DNA of 64,000 nucleotides from Candidatus Nitrospinota bacterium M3_3B_026 (GTDB lineage Bacteria; Nitrospinota_A; UBA7883; JBPRGF01), in the NCBI GenBank assembly GCA_051418015.1, contig JBPRGF010000033.1, forward strand, positions 224,001 to 288,000. Reading direction: 5' to 3'. Of this stretch, positions 27,995 through 38,009 are shown piece by piece. A program made the translations under genes and the position numbers. Position 1 is the first letter of the stretch. The number at the start of each line of letters is the position of its first letter. The notes beneath the pieces were generated by a model. The model was not told where the DNA came from. It did not search any database and saw only the letters and a program-made list of their open reading frames with translations.

Positions 27995-28906
27995 TCACCA
28001 GGCGGGCCAGAGGTAATAAAGGCCCGTGGGCATGGCGAGCCTCGTGATGGCCCTGATCTCGAAGTCCTCGCCCATCAGCCATTCCAGCATCCCCGGTTTC
28101 TTCTTTTTCTCCATCACTTCCGGCTCTCCCTCGATCCCGGCCATCTTCCCGGCCAGGTCAATGGCCTCCTTCAGCCCTCCCAACTCGTCCACGAGCCCGA
28201 GTTCCAGCGCCTGCCTGCCGGTGTATATTCTGCCATCGGCCAACTCCTTCACCTTCGCAAGCTCCATGCTCCTCCCTTCGGACACGTCGGTGATGAACTG
28301 GTTGTAGATGTCGTCCACCACGCCCTGCATCAGCTCCCTGTCCGCGTCGGTAAAGGGACGGTATGGGCTGCCGGTGTCCTTGAACCTGCCGCTTTTTATC
28401 ACGACGGTCCCGAGGCCGATCTTGTCCATGAGCTCTCTCATGTCGGAGAAGAACATGATGACGCCGATGGACCCCGTGATGGTCCCCGGCTCGGCCATGA
28501 CCTTCCTGCAGGCCGCGGCGGCGTAGTATCCGCCGGACGCGGCGACTGTCCCCATGGAGGCTATGACGGGTTTTTTCGCGTCGGCCCGTTTCAGGGCGTT
28601 GTATATCTCCTGGGAGGGGGCCACCCCGCCGCCGGGGCTGTCTATCCTCAGGACGATGGCTTTGGCGGAGCCGTCATCCGCCCACCGGTCGAGTTGGTCC
28701 ACGACCTTGCGCGAGTCCATGATGACCCCTTCGAGGCGCACCAAGGCGACCTTGTTTTTAGCGAAGGATGTTTTGGAGAGAATACCGTCGCCGGAAGCGG
28801 AAGGCTTGACCAGCATGTTGACGCCAGCCACGAACAGGGCGCCCAGCGCGGCAAGGAAAAGGACTACGCCCCAGAAGGAGCTTTTTTTCTTTCCAGCGGC
28901 CTCCAC
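27995..28906 (-). CDS. sppA: Signal peptide peptidase SppA (36K type)
   Basis: RIDSPGG, AASGGYY, TGSIGV, KSGRFKD, DGRIYTG.QA..GLVD. Confidence 0.95.
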   Translation of the reverse strand: MEAAGKKKSSFWGVVLFLAALGALFVAGVNMLVKPSASGDGILSKTSFAKNKVALVRLEGVIMDSRKVVDQLDRWADDGSAKAIVLRIDSPGGGVAPSQEIYNALKRADAKKPVIASMGTVAASGGYYAAAACRKVMAEPGTITGSIGVIMFFSDMRELMDKIGLGTVVIKSGRFKDTGSPYRPFTDADRELMQGVVDDIYNQFITDVSEGRSMELAKVKELADGRIYTGRQALELGLVDELGGLKEAIDLAGKMAGIEGEPEVMEKKKKPGMLEWLMGEDFEIRAITRLAMPTGLYYLWPAW

Positions 28907-28964
28907 TTGTTATGCCCTCTTTTCCCGATCAAAGAAGGGGGCGCCACGGAGGCGCCTCGGCGCT

Positions 28965-30806
28965 TTAATCCTGGTTGTCCTCGGCCTGGGTCTGGCTTTC
29001 CGCCTCCTGCTCTTGCTCTTCAGGCTGGCTGTCGCCGTCCTCTTCCCCCTTCGTCTCTTCTTCCTCTTCGTCGACCTGGGCCGCGGCCTCCTCCATGGCC
29101 TTCAGCTCCTTTTCCACGTCCTCGGGGGAGAGGCCCTCCAGGAAAGCCTTTATGGAAAGGCCAATCTTGCGGTTCTGCAAGTCCACCTTTATCACCTTGG
29201 CCGTCACCTCCTGGCCGACGCGGACGGCCTTCCGGGGGTTGGCGACGCGGTTGGTGGAAAGCTGCGAGACGTGTATGAGGCCCTCAATGCCCCCCTCGAT
29301 CTCCGCGAAGGCGCCGAAGTTGGTGACCTTCACGATCACGCACTTGACTTCCTCGCCGACGGGGTAGCGCTCCTCCACGTTCTCCCACGGGTCCTGCTCC
29401 AGCTGCTTGAGCCCCAGGGAGACACGCTCGCTCTCCCTGTCCACGCTCAGGACAACGCATTTTACCTTGTCTCGCTTTTTGAGGACCTCGGAGGGGTGTT
29501 TTATCTTTTGCGACCAGCTCATGTCCGAGATGTGGATCAGCCCGTCCACGCCCTCCTCCAGCTCCACGAAGGCGCCGAAGTCGGCCAGGTTTCTTACCAC
29601 GCCCTCGACGGCGGAGTTGACGGGATACTTCTCCTCGATGTTGTCCCAGGGGTTCGGTTCGGTCTGCTTGATCCCCAGGGATATCCGCTTGCGCTCAATG
29701 TCGATGGACAGGACGACAGCCTCCACCTCGTCGCCGATGTTAACCAGCTTGGCGGGATGGCGGATGTGCTTGTTCCAGCTCATCTCCGAGATATGCACGA
29801 GGCCTTCCACGCCCTCCTCCAGCTCCACAAAGGCGCCGTAGTCGGCCAGGGAGACGACCCTGCCTTTGACCCGGGAGCCGGGCTTGTATTTCTCCTCGGC
29901 GTTTTCCCACGGGTCGGGTGTGGTCTGCTTGTATCCCAGGGAGACCCTTTCCGTCTCCTTGTCGAACTTCAGCACCATCACCTTCACCGTGTCGCCGATT
30001 GAGAACATCTCTGAAGGGTGGCTGACCCTGCCCCAGGACATGTCCGTGATGTGCAGAAGGCCGTCGATGCCGCCGAGGTCTATGAACGCGCCATACTCGG
30101 TGATGTTCTTCACCACCCCTTCGATGATCTTGCCCTCCTCGAGCTTGGAAAGGGTGGCTTCCTTAGTGATCTTTCTCTCCTCTTCCAGGAGCACGCGGCG
30201 CGAAAGGACGATGTTGCCGCGTTTCTTGTTCATCTTGATTATCCTGAACTCGAACCGTTCGCCGATGAGCTTGTCCAGATGCTTTATGGGGCGAAGGTCG
30301 ATCTGCGACCCCGGCAGGAAAGCCTTAAGGCCGATGTCCACGGTGAGCCCGCCCTTGATCTTGGAGGTGACGACACCCTCGACCACCTCGTTTTTCTCGT
30401 ATTTCTCCGCTATCTCCTCCCAGACGCGGATCTTGTTCGCCTTCTCCTTGGAGAGGACCAGCATCCCGTCCGAGTCCTCGGCGCTTTCGAGGTACACCTC
30501 CACCTCGTCGCCCACCTCTAAGCTCTCCGCCTCTACGCCGAACTCCTGGATGGGGATCAGCCCCTCGCTTTTGAATCCGACGTCCACAACGACGTGGTTG
30601 GGGGTCTTGTCAACTATCCTGCCGGTTATCGTCTCCCCCTCGCGGAACTCGCCCATGTTCTCGTTAACGAGTTTTTCGAACTCGTCGGCGGAAATATCCC
30701 CGCTGCTTGGCGCGATCTCCTCCTGGTCCAGGGGCTCCTCGAAATCCCCGGTTACGTAGTCGTCCTCCCTGACTCTGCTGATGGCGCTTTTGTCACTTCC
30801 TGTCAT
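28965..30806 (-). CDS. rpsA: 30S ribosomal protein S1
   Basis: Six S1 repeats; DVGFKSEG, AFLPGSQID, DGLLHITDMSW, EGLVHISEMSW. Confidence 0.97.
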   Translation of the reverse strand: MTGSDKSAISRVREDDYVTGDFEEPLDQEEIAPSSGDISADEFEKLVNENMGEFREGETITGRIVDKTPNHVVVDVGFKSEGLIPIQEFGVEAESLEVGDEVEVYLESAEDSDGMLVLSKEKANKIRVWEEIAEKYEKNEVVEGVVTSKIKGGLTVDIGLKAFLPGSQIDLRPIKHLDKLIGERFEFRIIKMNKKRGNIVLSRRVLLEEERKITKEATLSKLEEGKIIEGVVKNITEYGAFIDLGGIDGLLHITDMSWGRVSHPSEMFSIGDTVKVMVLKFDKETERVSLGYKQTTPDPWENAEEKYKPGSRVKGRVVSLADYGAFVELEEGVEGLVHISEMSWNKHIRHPAKLVNIGDEVEAVVLSIDIERKRISLGIKQTEPNPWDNIEEKYPVNSAVEGVVRNLADFGAFVELEEGVDGLIHISDMSWSQKIKHPSEVLKKRDKVKCVVLSVDRESERVSLGLKQLEQDPWENVEERYPVGEEVKCVIVKVTNFGAFAEIEGGIEGLIHVSQLSTNRVANPRKAVRVGQEVTAKVIKVDLQNRKIGLSIKAFLEGLSPEDVEKELKAMEEAAAQVDEEEEETKGEEDGDSQPEEQEQEAESQTQAEDNQD

Positions 30807-30809
30807 GTT

Positions 30810-31568
30810 CTAATTAAGGTCCTCTCCGTTGTTGTTCCGCGCGCCTTCCGGCGCCTCGCCCGCGCGGCACGGGCTTTCCGTTTTGGAAAACATTCTTTCT
30901 ATCATTATATTCAATACCTCGTCAACACCCAAACGGGTGGTGTTGATCTCGACGGCGTCTTGTGGTTTGACCAGCGGAGCCGCGGCCCTGCCGCTGTCGA
31001 TCCTGTCCCTGGTTTGTATGTTTTTCAGTACGCGCCCGCGGGTCGTTTTCACACCCGCCTTTTTGAAATCCTTCAGCCGTCTCTCGGCCCGGACGGCGTC
31101 GTCGGCGACGAGAAAGAACTTGAACATCGCTCCGGGGAAGACGTTGCTGCCGATGTCCCTGCCTTCCATGACAACCCTGCCGCTTTCGCCCATGCGCCGT
31201 TGCAGGGCGGCCATCGACTGGCGGACGCCAGGGTGGGCGGACACGATGGATACGTTGTCGTTGACGTCCGGGCGGCGTATCCTTTCCGTGAGGTTCTCCC
31301 CGTCCACGATGGTCTTCTGCCCGTTCTCCTCTCTCAAAAACTCTATCCTGATGGAGCGCGCGATCCTGGCGGCCGCCTCCTCGTCGGCGGGGTCGGCCCC
31401 GGTGTCCAGCGCTCTCGCCGTGACGGCGCGGTACATGGCGCCTGTGTCGATATACACGCCTCCGATTCTGGCCGCCAGCAGCCTTGCCATCGTGGATTTG
31501 CCGGAGCCGGCGGGGCCGTCTATGGCCACCACGAAGTTCTTGGGAAGGCCGCCGGCGCCTAGCTTCAT
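30810..31568 (-). CDS. cmk: Cytidylate kinase
   Basis: AIDGPAGSGKST, DTGAMYR, VMEGRDIG, RDRIDS.R..APL; upstream of rpsA. Confidence 0.95.
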   Translation of the reverse strand: MKLGAGGLPKNFVVAIDGPAGSGKSTMARLLAARIGGVYIDTGAMYRAVTARALDTGADPADEEAAARIARSIRIEFLREENGQKTIVDGENLTERIRRPDVNDNVSIVSAHPGVRQSMAALQRRMGESGRVVMEGRDIGSNVFPGAMFKFFLVADDAVRAERRLKDFKKAGVKTTRGRVLKNIQTRDRIDSGRAAAPLVKPQDAVEINTTRLGVDEVLNIMIERMFSKTESPCRAGEAPEGARNNNGEDLN

Positions 31569-32437
31569 TGCTCCATCTCCTCCATGCCTAGGCGCGCGCG
31601 GCGTATCTTTTCCAGCGCGTCCCCCAGCTCGCCGAAACGCTCCTCCACGATGGCGCCCCTGAGGGCGGCGAGGGCTTTTTCGTATTCCTCCAGGGCTTTC
31701 AAGGTCTGATCCTTGTTCATCGAGAAAATGTCGCGCCACATGGCGGCGTCGCTCATGGCTATCCTGGTGGTGTCCTTGAACCCTCCCGCGATGAATCGGC
31801 GAATTGTCCCGTCCGCGTCGAGCCTGTCCAGGGTGTCCACCAAGGCGTAGGCGGCCAGGTGGGGCAGGTGGCTTATGACGGCCAGGGCCCTGTCGTGTTC
31901 CTCCGGGCTCATCTCCACGACCGTTGACCCCACGCCCTCCCACATCGTTTTCACTTTTGCCAGCGCGCCGGGGTCCGTCTTCCCTGTGGGAGCGAGAATT
32001 GTGTACCTGCCCTCGAAAAGCTCCGCGAACGCGGCGCGGGGGCCGGATTTTTCCGTCCCGGCGATAGGGTGGCCCCCTACGAACCGGACGGAGGAGGGGA
32101 GGGCGGCGTCGAGCTGTTCCACTATCCTCGTCTTCACCGAGCCGCCGTCGGTGACTACCGCGCCGGGCTCAAGATAAGGCGCGGCGCTCTTGCAAAGAGG
32201 GACTATCGACTCCACGGGAACGGCGGCGAAAAAAAGGTCCGCCCCGGCGGCGGCTTTTTCGACGTCCGTGAACCCCTCGTCGATGATCCCGAGCTTTACG
32301 GCTGCGTCCACCGTCGCCGGGTTTCTCGAAACACCCGTCACCGACCCGAAAAGGCCGGCCCGTTTGCCAGCCAGGGCAAGCGATCCGCCGATCAGGCCGA
32401 CCCCGGCTATGACGGCGCGTTGGAAAAGCGGTTTCAA
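31565..32437 (-). CDS. tyrA: Prephenate/arogenate dehydrogenase
   Basis: GVGLIGGSLA, TDGGSVK, GGHPIAGTE, EHD..ISHLPH, GGFKDTTRIA. Confidence 0.94.
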   Translation of the reverse strand: MKPLFQRAVIAGVGLIGGSLALAGKRAGLFGSVTGVSRNPATVDAAVKLGIIDEGFTDVEKAAAGADLFFAAVPVESIVPLCKSAAPYLEPGAVVTDGGSVKTRIVEQLDAALPSSVRFVGGHPIAGTEKSGPRAAFAELFEGRYTILAPTGKTDPGALAKVKTMWEGVGSTVVEMSPEEHDRALAVISHLPHLAAYALVDTLDRLDADGTIRRFIAGGFKDTTRIAMSDAAMWRDIFSMNKDQTLKALEEYEKALAALRGAIVEERFGELGDALEKIRRARLGMEEMEQ

Positions 32438-32439
32438 CC

Positions 32440-33510
32440 TCAGGCTCTTGCTTTGGGATAGGAGCCGAGGACCTTCAGGAAGATCGCCTGGCTCTCGAGC
32501 TTTTTGAGGACGTCCCGCGTCTTCTTGTCATCCTCGTGTCCTTCGAAGTCTATGAAGAAGACGTATTTCCACTTGCGCTCCCTGCTCAGGCGGGACTGTA
32601 TCTTGGAAAGGTTCAGCTCCCGGGCCGCGAAGGGGCGCAGAATTCGGCCGAGGGCGCCCGGCTCATCCTTTATGGAAAGGATTATGGACGTTTTGTCATT
32701 CCCGCTTCTCGGCGCCTTCGTCCGGGAGATGATGAAAAAGCGTGTCTGGTTGCCGGGCCTGTCCTCTATCTTCTCCGCGAGGATGGGAAGACCGTATATC
32801 CTCGCCGCCTCCGCCGCGCCGATGGCCGCGGCGGTTTTTGACTTTGCGGCGCGCATGGCGGCTTCGGAAGACGAACTTGTCTCGACGATCTTCACGCCGG
32901 GCAGCTCCCGCGCCACCCACTGGCGGCATTGGCGCAGCGGCATGTCGTGGCTGTAGAGGGTTTTTATCCCTTTCAGGCTACGCGATTTCGACAGAAGGTT
33001 CTGGCTCACCCGGTAAAAAAGCTCGCCGTAGATGTTCACGGGGCTGTCCATCAGCAGGTCCAGCGTCTGCCCCACCTCGCCCTCTATGGAATTCTCCACG
33101 GGAGCGACGCCGAAATCCGTTTTCCCCTTCACCACGTCGCTGAAGACGATGTCTATGCCCGGCTCCAGCACGTGCTGCAGGGATGAGCCGAACAGGCGGA
33201 CGGCGGCAAGGTGGCTGAACGAGCCCGCCGGGCCGAGGCTTGCCACTTTTATCTCCTTCTCCACGGAGCGGGTGGCGGAGAATATCTCCCGGAAGACGTT
33301 CTGGAGAGCCTCGCTCGGCAGGGGGCCGCTGTTTTTTTTCTCCACCTTCCTGAGTATGTCGTTCTCTCTGGCGGGCAGGTAGACGGGCGAGCCTGTCTTG
33401 CGCTTGAGCCTTGCTATCTCTTTGGCCAGGGAGGCGCGCTGGTTCAGAAGGTCTATGATCCTCTCGTCGACTCGGTCGATCTTCTTTCGGATTTTTTCCA
33501 GGTCTTTCAT
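32440..33510 (-). CDS. pheA: Chorismate mutase / prephenate dehydratase
   Basis: N-terminal AroQ (IRKKIDRVD..LLNQR), LGPAGSFS, PVENSIEG, NQTRF, ACT domain, LGSYP. Confidence 0.95.
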   Translation of the reverse strand: MKDLEKIRKKIDRVDERIIDLLNQRASLAKEIARLKRKTGSPVYLPARENDILRKVEKKNSGPLPSEALQNVFREIFSATRSVEKEIKVASLGPAGSFSHLAAVRLFGSSLQHVLEPGIDIVFSDVVKGKTDFGVAPVENSIEGEVGQTLDLLMDSPVNIYGELFYRVSQNLLSKSRSLKGIKTLYSHDMPLRQCRQWVARELPGVKIVETSSSSEAAMRAAKSKTAAAIGAAEAARIYGLPILAEKIEDRPGNQTRFFIISRTKAPRSGNDKTSIILSIKDEPGALGRILRPFAARELNLSKIQSRLSRERKWKYVFFIDFEGHEDDKKTRDVLKKLESQAIFLKVLGSYPKARA

Positions 33511-33632
33511 TTCAGGAGCTTTCGCGGTTAGAGACATGCGCATCGTAACCAATGGGGGCGCAAAGTTCAACATGGAATGAAAGCGGCGGACGCGCGGCCT
33601 GCGCGTTTATCGGTTATAATCCAAGCTTTGCC

Positions 33633-34139
33633 ATGATCTGGATACTGAACTTTCTGGGGTTTCTCTCCTGCGGCGGCGCTCTGCTCGCGTTCGCGATGGG
33701 CTATGCGGCCTCGGGCGGCCTGATGGGGCGCGGGGCGCACATGGCGGCGGGTCTTGTCTCGGCGCTGGTTGTCATACTGTGGCTTTCGACGGCGATGTTC
33801 TATTTCATCGGCACGGGCTCGGCGGCCAAGGACGCGGCGCGGCGGGGGCTCCTCGATTTCGAGCTATATTCCATGACAAAAGCTTTCAAAAAATCTCTTT
33901 TCCCGCCGCTCATGCTGGTGATAGCGCTTTTCATAGTAATGCCCGTCCTGGGAGCCGCCTACGACGCCCGGAAAGCCCCGTTATGGTTTCATACGGCCTT
34001 CGCCTGGGCGTCTATCGCCGCCTGCCCGGCCATCAGCCTCAGGATGCGAAGGCTTTTGAGAGAAAACGCCCCCATATTCGCGAAAACCGTGGAGGCCGTG
34101 AACGCCGCCGTGGATGAGCGGAAAGAAAGCAGGGGCTGA
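33633..34139 (+). CDS. Hypothetical 4-TM membrane protein
   Basis: Four hydrophobic segments, H..AG, FYFIGTG, WFH. Confidence 0.6.
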   Translation: MIWILNFLGFLSCGGALLAFAMGYAASGGLMGRGAHMAAGLVSALVVILWLSTAMFYFIGTGSAAKDAARRGLLDFELYSMTKAFKKSLFPPLMLVIALFIVMPVLGAAYDARKAPLWFHTAFAWASIAACPAISLRMRRLLRENAPIFAKTVEAVNAAVDERKESRG

Positions 34140-34175
34140 AAAAAAACCGCCGGGCCGGGATGACGGCCGTGGCGG
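34139..34175 (-). terminator. Intrinsic terminator for the minus-strand ODP operon
   Basis: A8 run followed by GC hairpin CCGCC..GGCC/GGCC..GGCGG between convergent genes. Confidence 0.5.
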
Positions 34176-34179
34176 CCTT

Positions 34180-34455
34180 CTAGCTGAGGATATCGGGAAG
34201 CTTCAGGTTCTCCTGCCTCGCCTTTCGCTTCACGGGTATCTTGCAGCCCATTATGGCGACGGGGCCGTATGCGTCGTAGAGGGCGCTGGCCAGTTTTTCC
34301 AGGTCCTCGACGCCATAGGAGCGGGAGTCCCTCAACGCAAGGTCATCGTCGAGCTCAAGACCAGCCTCCCCGAAGACGCGGTACGTGTTCGACCTCCCCA
34401 GGAGGGCGATCTGGCGGTGGGCGATAAACTCTATCAAATCCCTGTAGGAGCTCAT
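34180..34455 (-). CDS. Small hypothetical protein
   Basis: 91-aa ORF 10 bp downstream of the MBL-fold gene on the same strand. Confidence 0.65.
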   Translation of the reverse strand: MSSYRDLIEFIAHRQIALLGRSNTYRVFGEAGLELDDDLALRDSRSYGVEDLEKLASALYDAYGPVAIMGCKIPVKRKARQENLKLPDILS

Positions 34456-34465
34456 TTTACCCCGT

Positions 34466-35209
34466 TCATACCCCTTCGGAGGTCATGTAGTCCCCGCATT
34501 CAAGTTTCTTTAGGATGTCGATGTAGCGCCGGGGATTCTCTTTTATGATGGACCCGTGCTGAGGGGCTATCAGCTTTATATCCAGCCCGTCGAGCTTTTC
34601 CATGGCCCGGCGCAGGATGTCGTTGCTCGGCATATAATTTTCGTGGAAGGCGGTCATGGCGTCGGCGTAGGTCTCGTTGGCGTAAAAACTCCAGTCGAAC
34701 GAGAAAGCGCCGAAGATGTCGCCGGAGAAGAGGACGCCGCTTTTCTCGTCCCATGTCATGAACGCGCCGGGAAAATGAAGATACGGCGTGAAGATGAAAC
34801 GCAGCCGCCTACCGGACCGCAGTGTAAGGGACCAGCCCTCCATATCCACGTTGTAGAACTTCGACCTTGTCCCGTAATGGGCGATCAGCACGCTGGCCCT
34901 CGAGCTTGTGACGATCCGCATGGAGCCGCCTACGCCGTACACCAGCTCCTCGAACCGGGGGATGGCACCGCACAGGTCGGGGTCCTGGTGGGTGACTATA
35001 ACGTGTGATATACGCTCGAAGGGGACCAGCCGCGTTACCTTGGAGAGCACCTGCGGATAATGCGGCACGGAGCCGGGATCGAACAGGACGGCCTCGTCGC
35101 CGTCCAGCATCAGATACGGGTTGCAGCGCAGGCCGGACTCCTTGTCGTCGAACCCGACCCAGTATATCCCGTCAGCCACCTCTACGGGCTTGGTTGTGTC
35201 GATATCCAT
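34466..35209 (-). CDS. MBL-fold di-iron protein (ODP/FprA N-terminal-like)
   Basis: IYWVG, CNPYL, LFDPG, THQDPD, TPYLHFPG, LFSGDIFG, FHENYMPS, IAPQHG; no flavodoxin domain. Confidence 0.85.
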   Translation of the reverse strand: MDIDTTKPVEVADGIYWVGFDDKESGLRCNPYLMLDGDEAVLFDPGSVPHYPQVLSKVTRLVPFERISHVIVTHQDPDLCGAIPRFEELVYGVGGSMRIVTSSRASVLIAHYGTRSKFYNVDMEGWSLTLRSGRRLRFIFTPYLHFPGAFMTWDEKSGVLFSGDIFGAFSFDWSFYANETYADAMTAFHENYMPSNDILRRAMEKLDGLDIKLIAPQHGSIIKENPRRYIDILKKLECGDYMTSEGV

Positions 35210-35320
35210 AAGTCACTTCTCCTTCTCCTCATGTTTTCCCCCCTGTGGCTCGGTATGATACAGCCTACGCCGGATTTTTCAAAGTATTTATTCAATAAAA
35301 TGTTTAATCGGTAAACCCAG

Positions 35321-36355
35321 TCAAAATTCCGGCGGTATGGGGCGTATTTTCTCCACGGCGGCATAAGCCATGCCCGTGATGGCGATGGCCAGGATAAATG
35401 AAAACGGCGTCAAGGACGGGTTCAGGTAAGCCAGGGCCGTCAGGGCGATTAGTGTAACGTTCAGAGCCAGCGTGGCGAGGGTGACCTTCCCGTGGCTCAG
35501 GCCGGATTGGTGGAGCCTCTGGTAGGCATGGAGCCTGTGGGGCTTGCTCCACGCGTCTTTCCGGGCCAGCCTGCGGATAAGCGTCAGCGTGGCGTCTATC
35601 CAGAAAGCGGCGTAGAGCGTCGCCCAAAGCAGCGCCGGGACGCCGCTCTTGACCTCCCCGATGATGGCGAAGGCGGCTATCATGAAGCCGAGGAAATAGC
35701 TCCCCCCGTCGCCCATGAATATCCTGGCGGGCGGCAGGTTCAGGACGAGAAAGCCCGCCACGCAGATCGCGAGCAGCAGGGCCAGCGCGCCCTCGGCGGC
35801 CCCTCCCGAAAGGATCAGCATGATCCCTCCCGGGGCCAGGACGGATATCGCCTCCATCGAGGCGATGGAGTCTATCCCGTCCATGAAGTTGAACAGGTTC
35901 ACCGACCACACGATCGCCAGCGCCGCCGCCACGGCCCCCGCCGCGCCCCAGTGGAGCGTGAACGCGCCCGCGTCCAAGCCCGGCCATCCCCCGATGGCGT
36001 AGATTAAAAGCGCGGCCCCCGCCAGTTGTATGAAAAGCCTCACCGAAGCGGAAAGCCCCCCATGGTCATCCATGAAACCGGCCCCCGCCACGAGGATCGC
36101 GCCGGGAAGGACCGCTGCCGCGAAGTCGCCGGTCACGTATCCCGCCCCCCAGGCCGCGGCGCAAAGAGCCAGCCACACTATCACGAAGGACATCCCCCCT
36201 CCGCGGGGGGTGGGCGCCGCGTGGGAGGTCCTGTGGTTCGGAGTGTCCACCATGGAGCGGCGCAGCGCATAGCGGCGCAGCGCCTCCGTGAGCAGAAGCG
36301 ACAGGCCAAACGCCGCGATGGCGCTGATCGCCAACAGTGTCATCGAGTCCTCCAA
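35321..36355 (-). CDS. MraY/WecA-family (GT4) undecaprenyl-phosphate sugar-1-phosphate transferase
   Basis: DTPNHRTSH..PTPRGGG, GFMDD, NLFNFMDGID, IFMGDGGS.FLG, PHRLHAYQ. Confidence 0.92.
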   Translation of the reverse strand: MEDSMTLLAISAIAAFGLSLLLTEALRRYALRRSMVDTPNHRTSHAAPTPRGGGMSFVIVWLALCAAAWGAGYVTGDFAAAVLPGAILVAGAGFMDDHGGLSASVRLFIQLAGAALLIYAIGGWPGLDAGAFTLHWGAAGAVAAALAIVWSVNLFNFMDGIDSIASMEAISVLAPGGIMLILSGGAAEGALALLLAICVAGFLVLNLPPARIFMGDGGSYFLGFMIAAFAIIGEVKSGVPALLWATLYAAFWIDATLTLIRRLARKDAWSKPHRLHAYQRLHQSGLSHGKVTLATLALNVTLIALTALAYLNPSLTPFSFILAIAITGMAYAAVEKIRPIPPEF

Positions 36356-36463
36356 TACGTCAGCGCGCCGTATTCATCATACAAAGGATGTGGCTGTTGT
36401 ACACGAAACGAGATTCTTCGCCCCTCCCTCTGGCGGACATCGTTATGGCCGGAGCGGCGCGCT

Positions 36464-36982
36464 TCACCCGGCTCTTTGGCCGCCTTCCCCGCCCTCGGGT
36501 TTTTTTATCTTTATGGGATTCGAGAAAATAAGCGAATTCGGAACCATATAGGTCTCCTCGCCGCCGGCCATGACGGTGTATCGGAGATTCACCTCCGTCA
36601 CCCGGCCGGTGAGACCGGAGACGGTGAGCGTGTCGCCGATGTTGAAGGGCCTGTAGACGAGGATAAGCGCGCCGGCCAGGAAGTTGCTGACCGCGTCTCT
36701 CAGGGCGAACCCGACGGCGAACCCGCCAAGGCCGAGCCCGGCTATTATGGGGGAGATGTTCACCCCCATCGTCCCCACGCCGGCGATCACGCCTGTCGCG
36801 AAGATGACGTAGAACAGCGTGGTCGTTATCATCGACTCCAGGGCCGGAGCCCACGGGAACCTGTGGATGGCCTTCGTCGCGCTCGTCCGGGCGAGCATGG
36901 CGATGAAGTACCCCGCCGCCGCGATGGCCAGCCCGAAAAGAACCCTTGGCGAATAGGCGAGCGCGTCCCAGACGAAGTCCAT
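36464..36982 (-). CDS. Small-conductance mechanosensitive channel (short MscS)
   Basis: GLGGFAVGFALRDAVSNFLAG, RPFNIGD, G.V.EVNLRYT, VPNS. Confidence 0.88.
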   Translation of the reverse strand: MDFVWDALAYSPRVLFGLAIAAAGYFIAMLARTSATKAIHRFPWAPALESMITTTLFYVIFATGVIAGVGTMGVNISPIIAGLGLGGFAVGFALRDAVSNFLAGALILVYRPFNIGDTLTVSGLTGRVTEVNLRYTVMAGGEETYMVPNSLIFSNPIKIKKPEGGEGGQRAG

Positions 36983-37911
36983 CACCGTCTCCTTCTCTCC
37001 TTGAACATCCTTGTCACGTAGTCGAGGTTCTGGTAGCTGAACCTGACCGGCTCCATGTTGAAAGTCTCGCGGTAATGACTCTCCGGGCACATGTTGCCCA
37101 TCCGAAGCAGGGTGAGCTGGTCCGCCGTGACGGGGAACCACTCGAACCCGCCAAGCAGGGCCGCCGCCGGTTTTACCAACCAGAAAGGGGCGCTCATCGT
37201 TCTCGTCCGCACGCGCCCCATCGCCTTGCCGACGATCTGGATTATATCGTGGAAAGAGACGGCATCGGCGCCGCAAAGGTGGAAAATCTGCCCCTCGGCG
37301 GCGGGGTTGACCAGCGCCTTCACGAAACAGGAGGCCACGTCGCCCGCGTGGATCGGCTGGAGCCTGTATTCACCGTTCCCGAAGACGGGGACCACCGGCG
37401 CCTTGGCGATTACAGACGCGAGCTGGGTGACGAAGTCCATCTTCCCCATGGGGTCGCCGAATATCACCGAGGGGCGAAAGATTGTCCATGACAGCCCCGA
37501 AGCCTCCACCAGCCGCTCAGCCCTGCGCTTGGTCTCCTGGTAGGCCGTCGGGCCGTCATCGGCGGCGCCGTTGGCGCTCATATGGATGAACCTTCGCGCC
37601 CCGGCGGCGGAGGCGGCCTCCAGGACGGACATGGTGGCCTCGTAATGGGCTTTTTCGAAGGTCACGCCGCGCTTCGGGAACTCGCGTATTATTCCGACCA
37701 GGTGGATGACAGCGTCCACGCCCTTGAGCCTGTCCTTCCATGGCGCTGGGTCCTCGGCGTCGCCGTGGACGATCTCCAGCCCCTCCATGAAGGGGAGCTT
37801 GCCCTCGGAACCGGGGCGGACCAGGGCGCTGATGGAATGGCCCGACTTCCTGAGCGACAGCAGAACATGACCCCCGACGAATCCCGTCGCCCCGGTCACG
37901 AACACTTTCAT
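36982..37911 (-). CDS. NAD-dependent epimerase/dehydratase, NDUFA9-like SDR
   Basis: VTGATGFVG, VIHLVGIIRE, Y..TK..AE, IFRPSVIFG, LQPIH. Confidence 0.88.
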   Translation of the reverse strand: MKVFVTGATGFVGGHVLLSLRKSGHSISALVRPGSEGKLPFMEGLEIVHGDAEDPAPWKDRLKGVDAVIHLVGIIREFPKRGVTFEKAHYEATMSVLEAASAAGARRFIHMSANGAADDGPTAYQETKRRAERLVEASGLSWTIFRPSVIFGDPMGKMDFVTQLASVIAKAPVVPVFGNGEYRLQPIHAGDVASCFVKALVNPAAEGQIFHLCGADAVSFHDIIQIVGKAMGRVRTRTMSAPFWLVKPAAALLGGFEWFPVTADQLTLLRMGNMCPESHYRETFNMEPVRFSYQNLDYVTRMFKERRRR

Positions 37912-38009
37912 CGGAAAGTCCTTTATCTTGCGGCGTACCAGTTTGGCACGCTTTGTGGTTTTTTATATTAGTGAGAGGTACTATGTCAACGTCTTGACAG
38001 GAGACTGGT

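Noticed and set aside
29200..30150. Repeated nucleotide segments within 29.2-30.2 kb
   Set aside because: Explained by the tandem S1 domains of rpsA; not a CRISPR or repeat array.
37944..37959. sigma54-like TGGCACG upstream of the coiled-coil gene
   Set aside because: The -12 element reads GTGG instead of TTGC; too weak to call.
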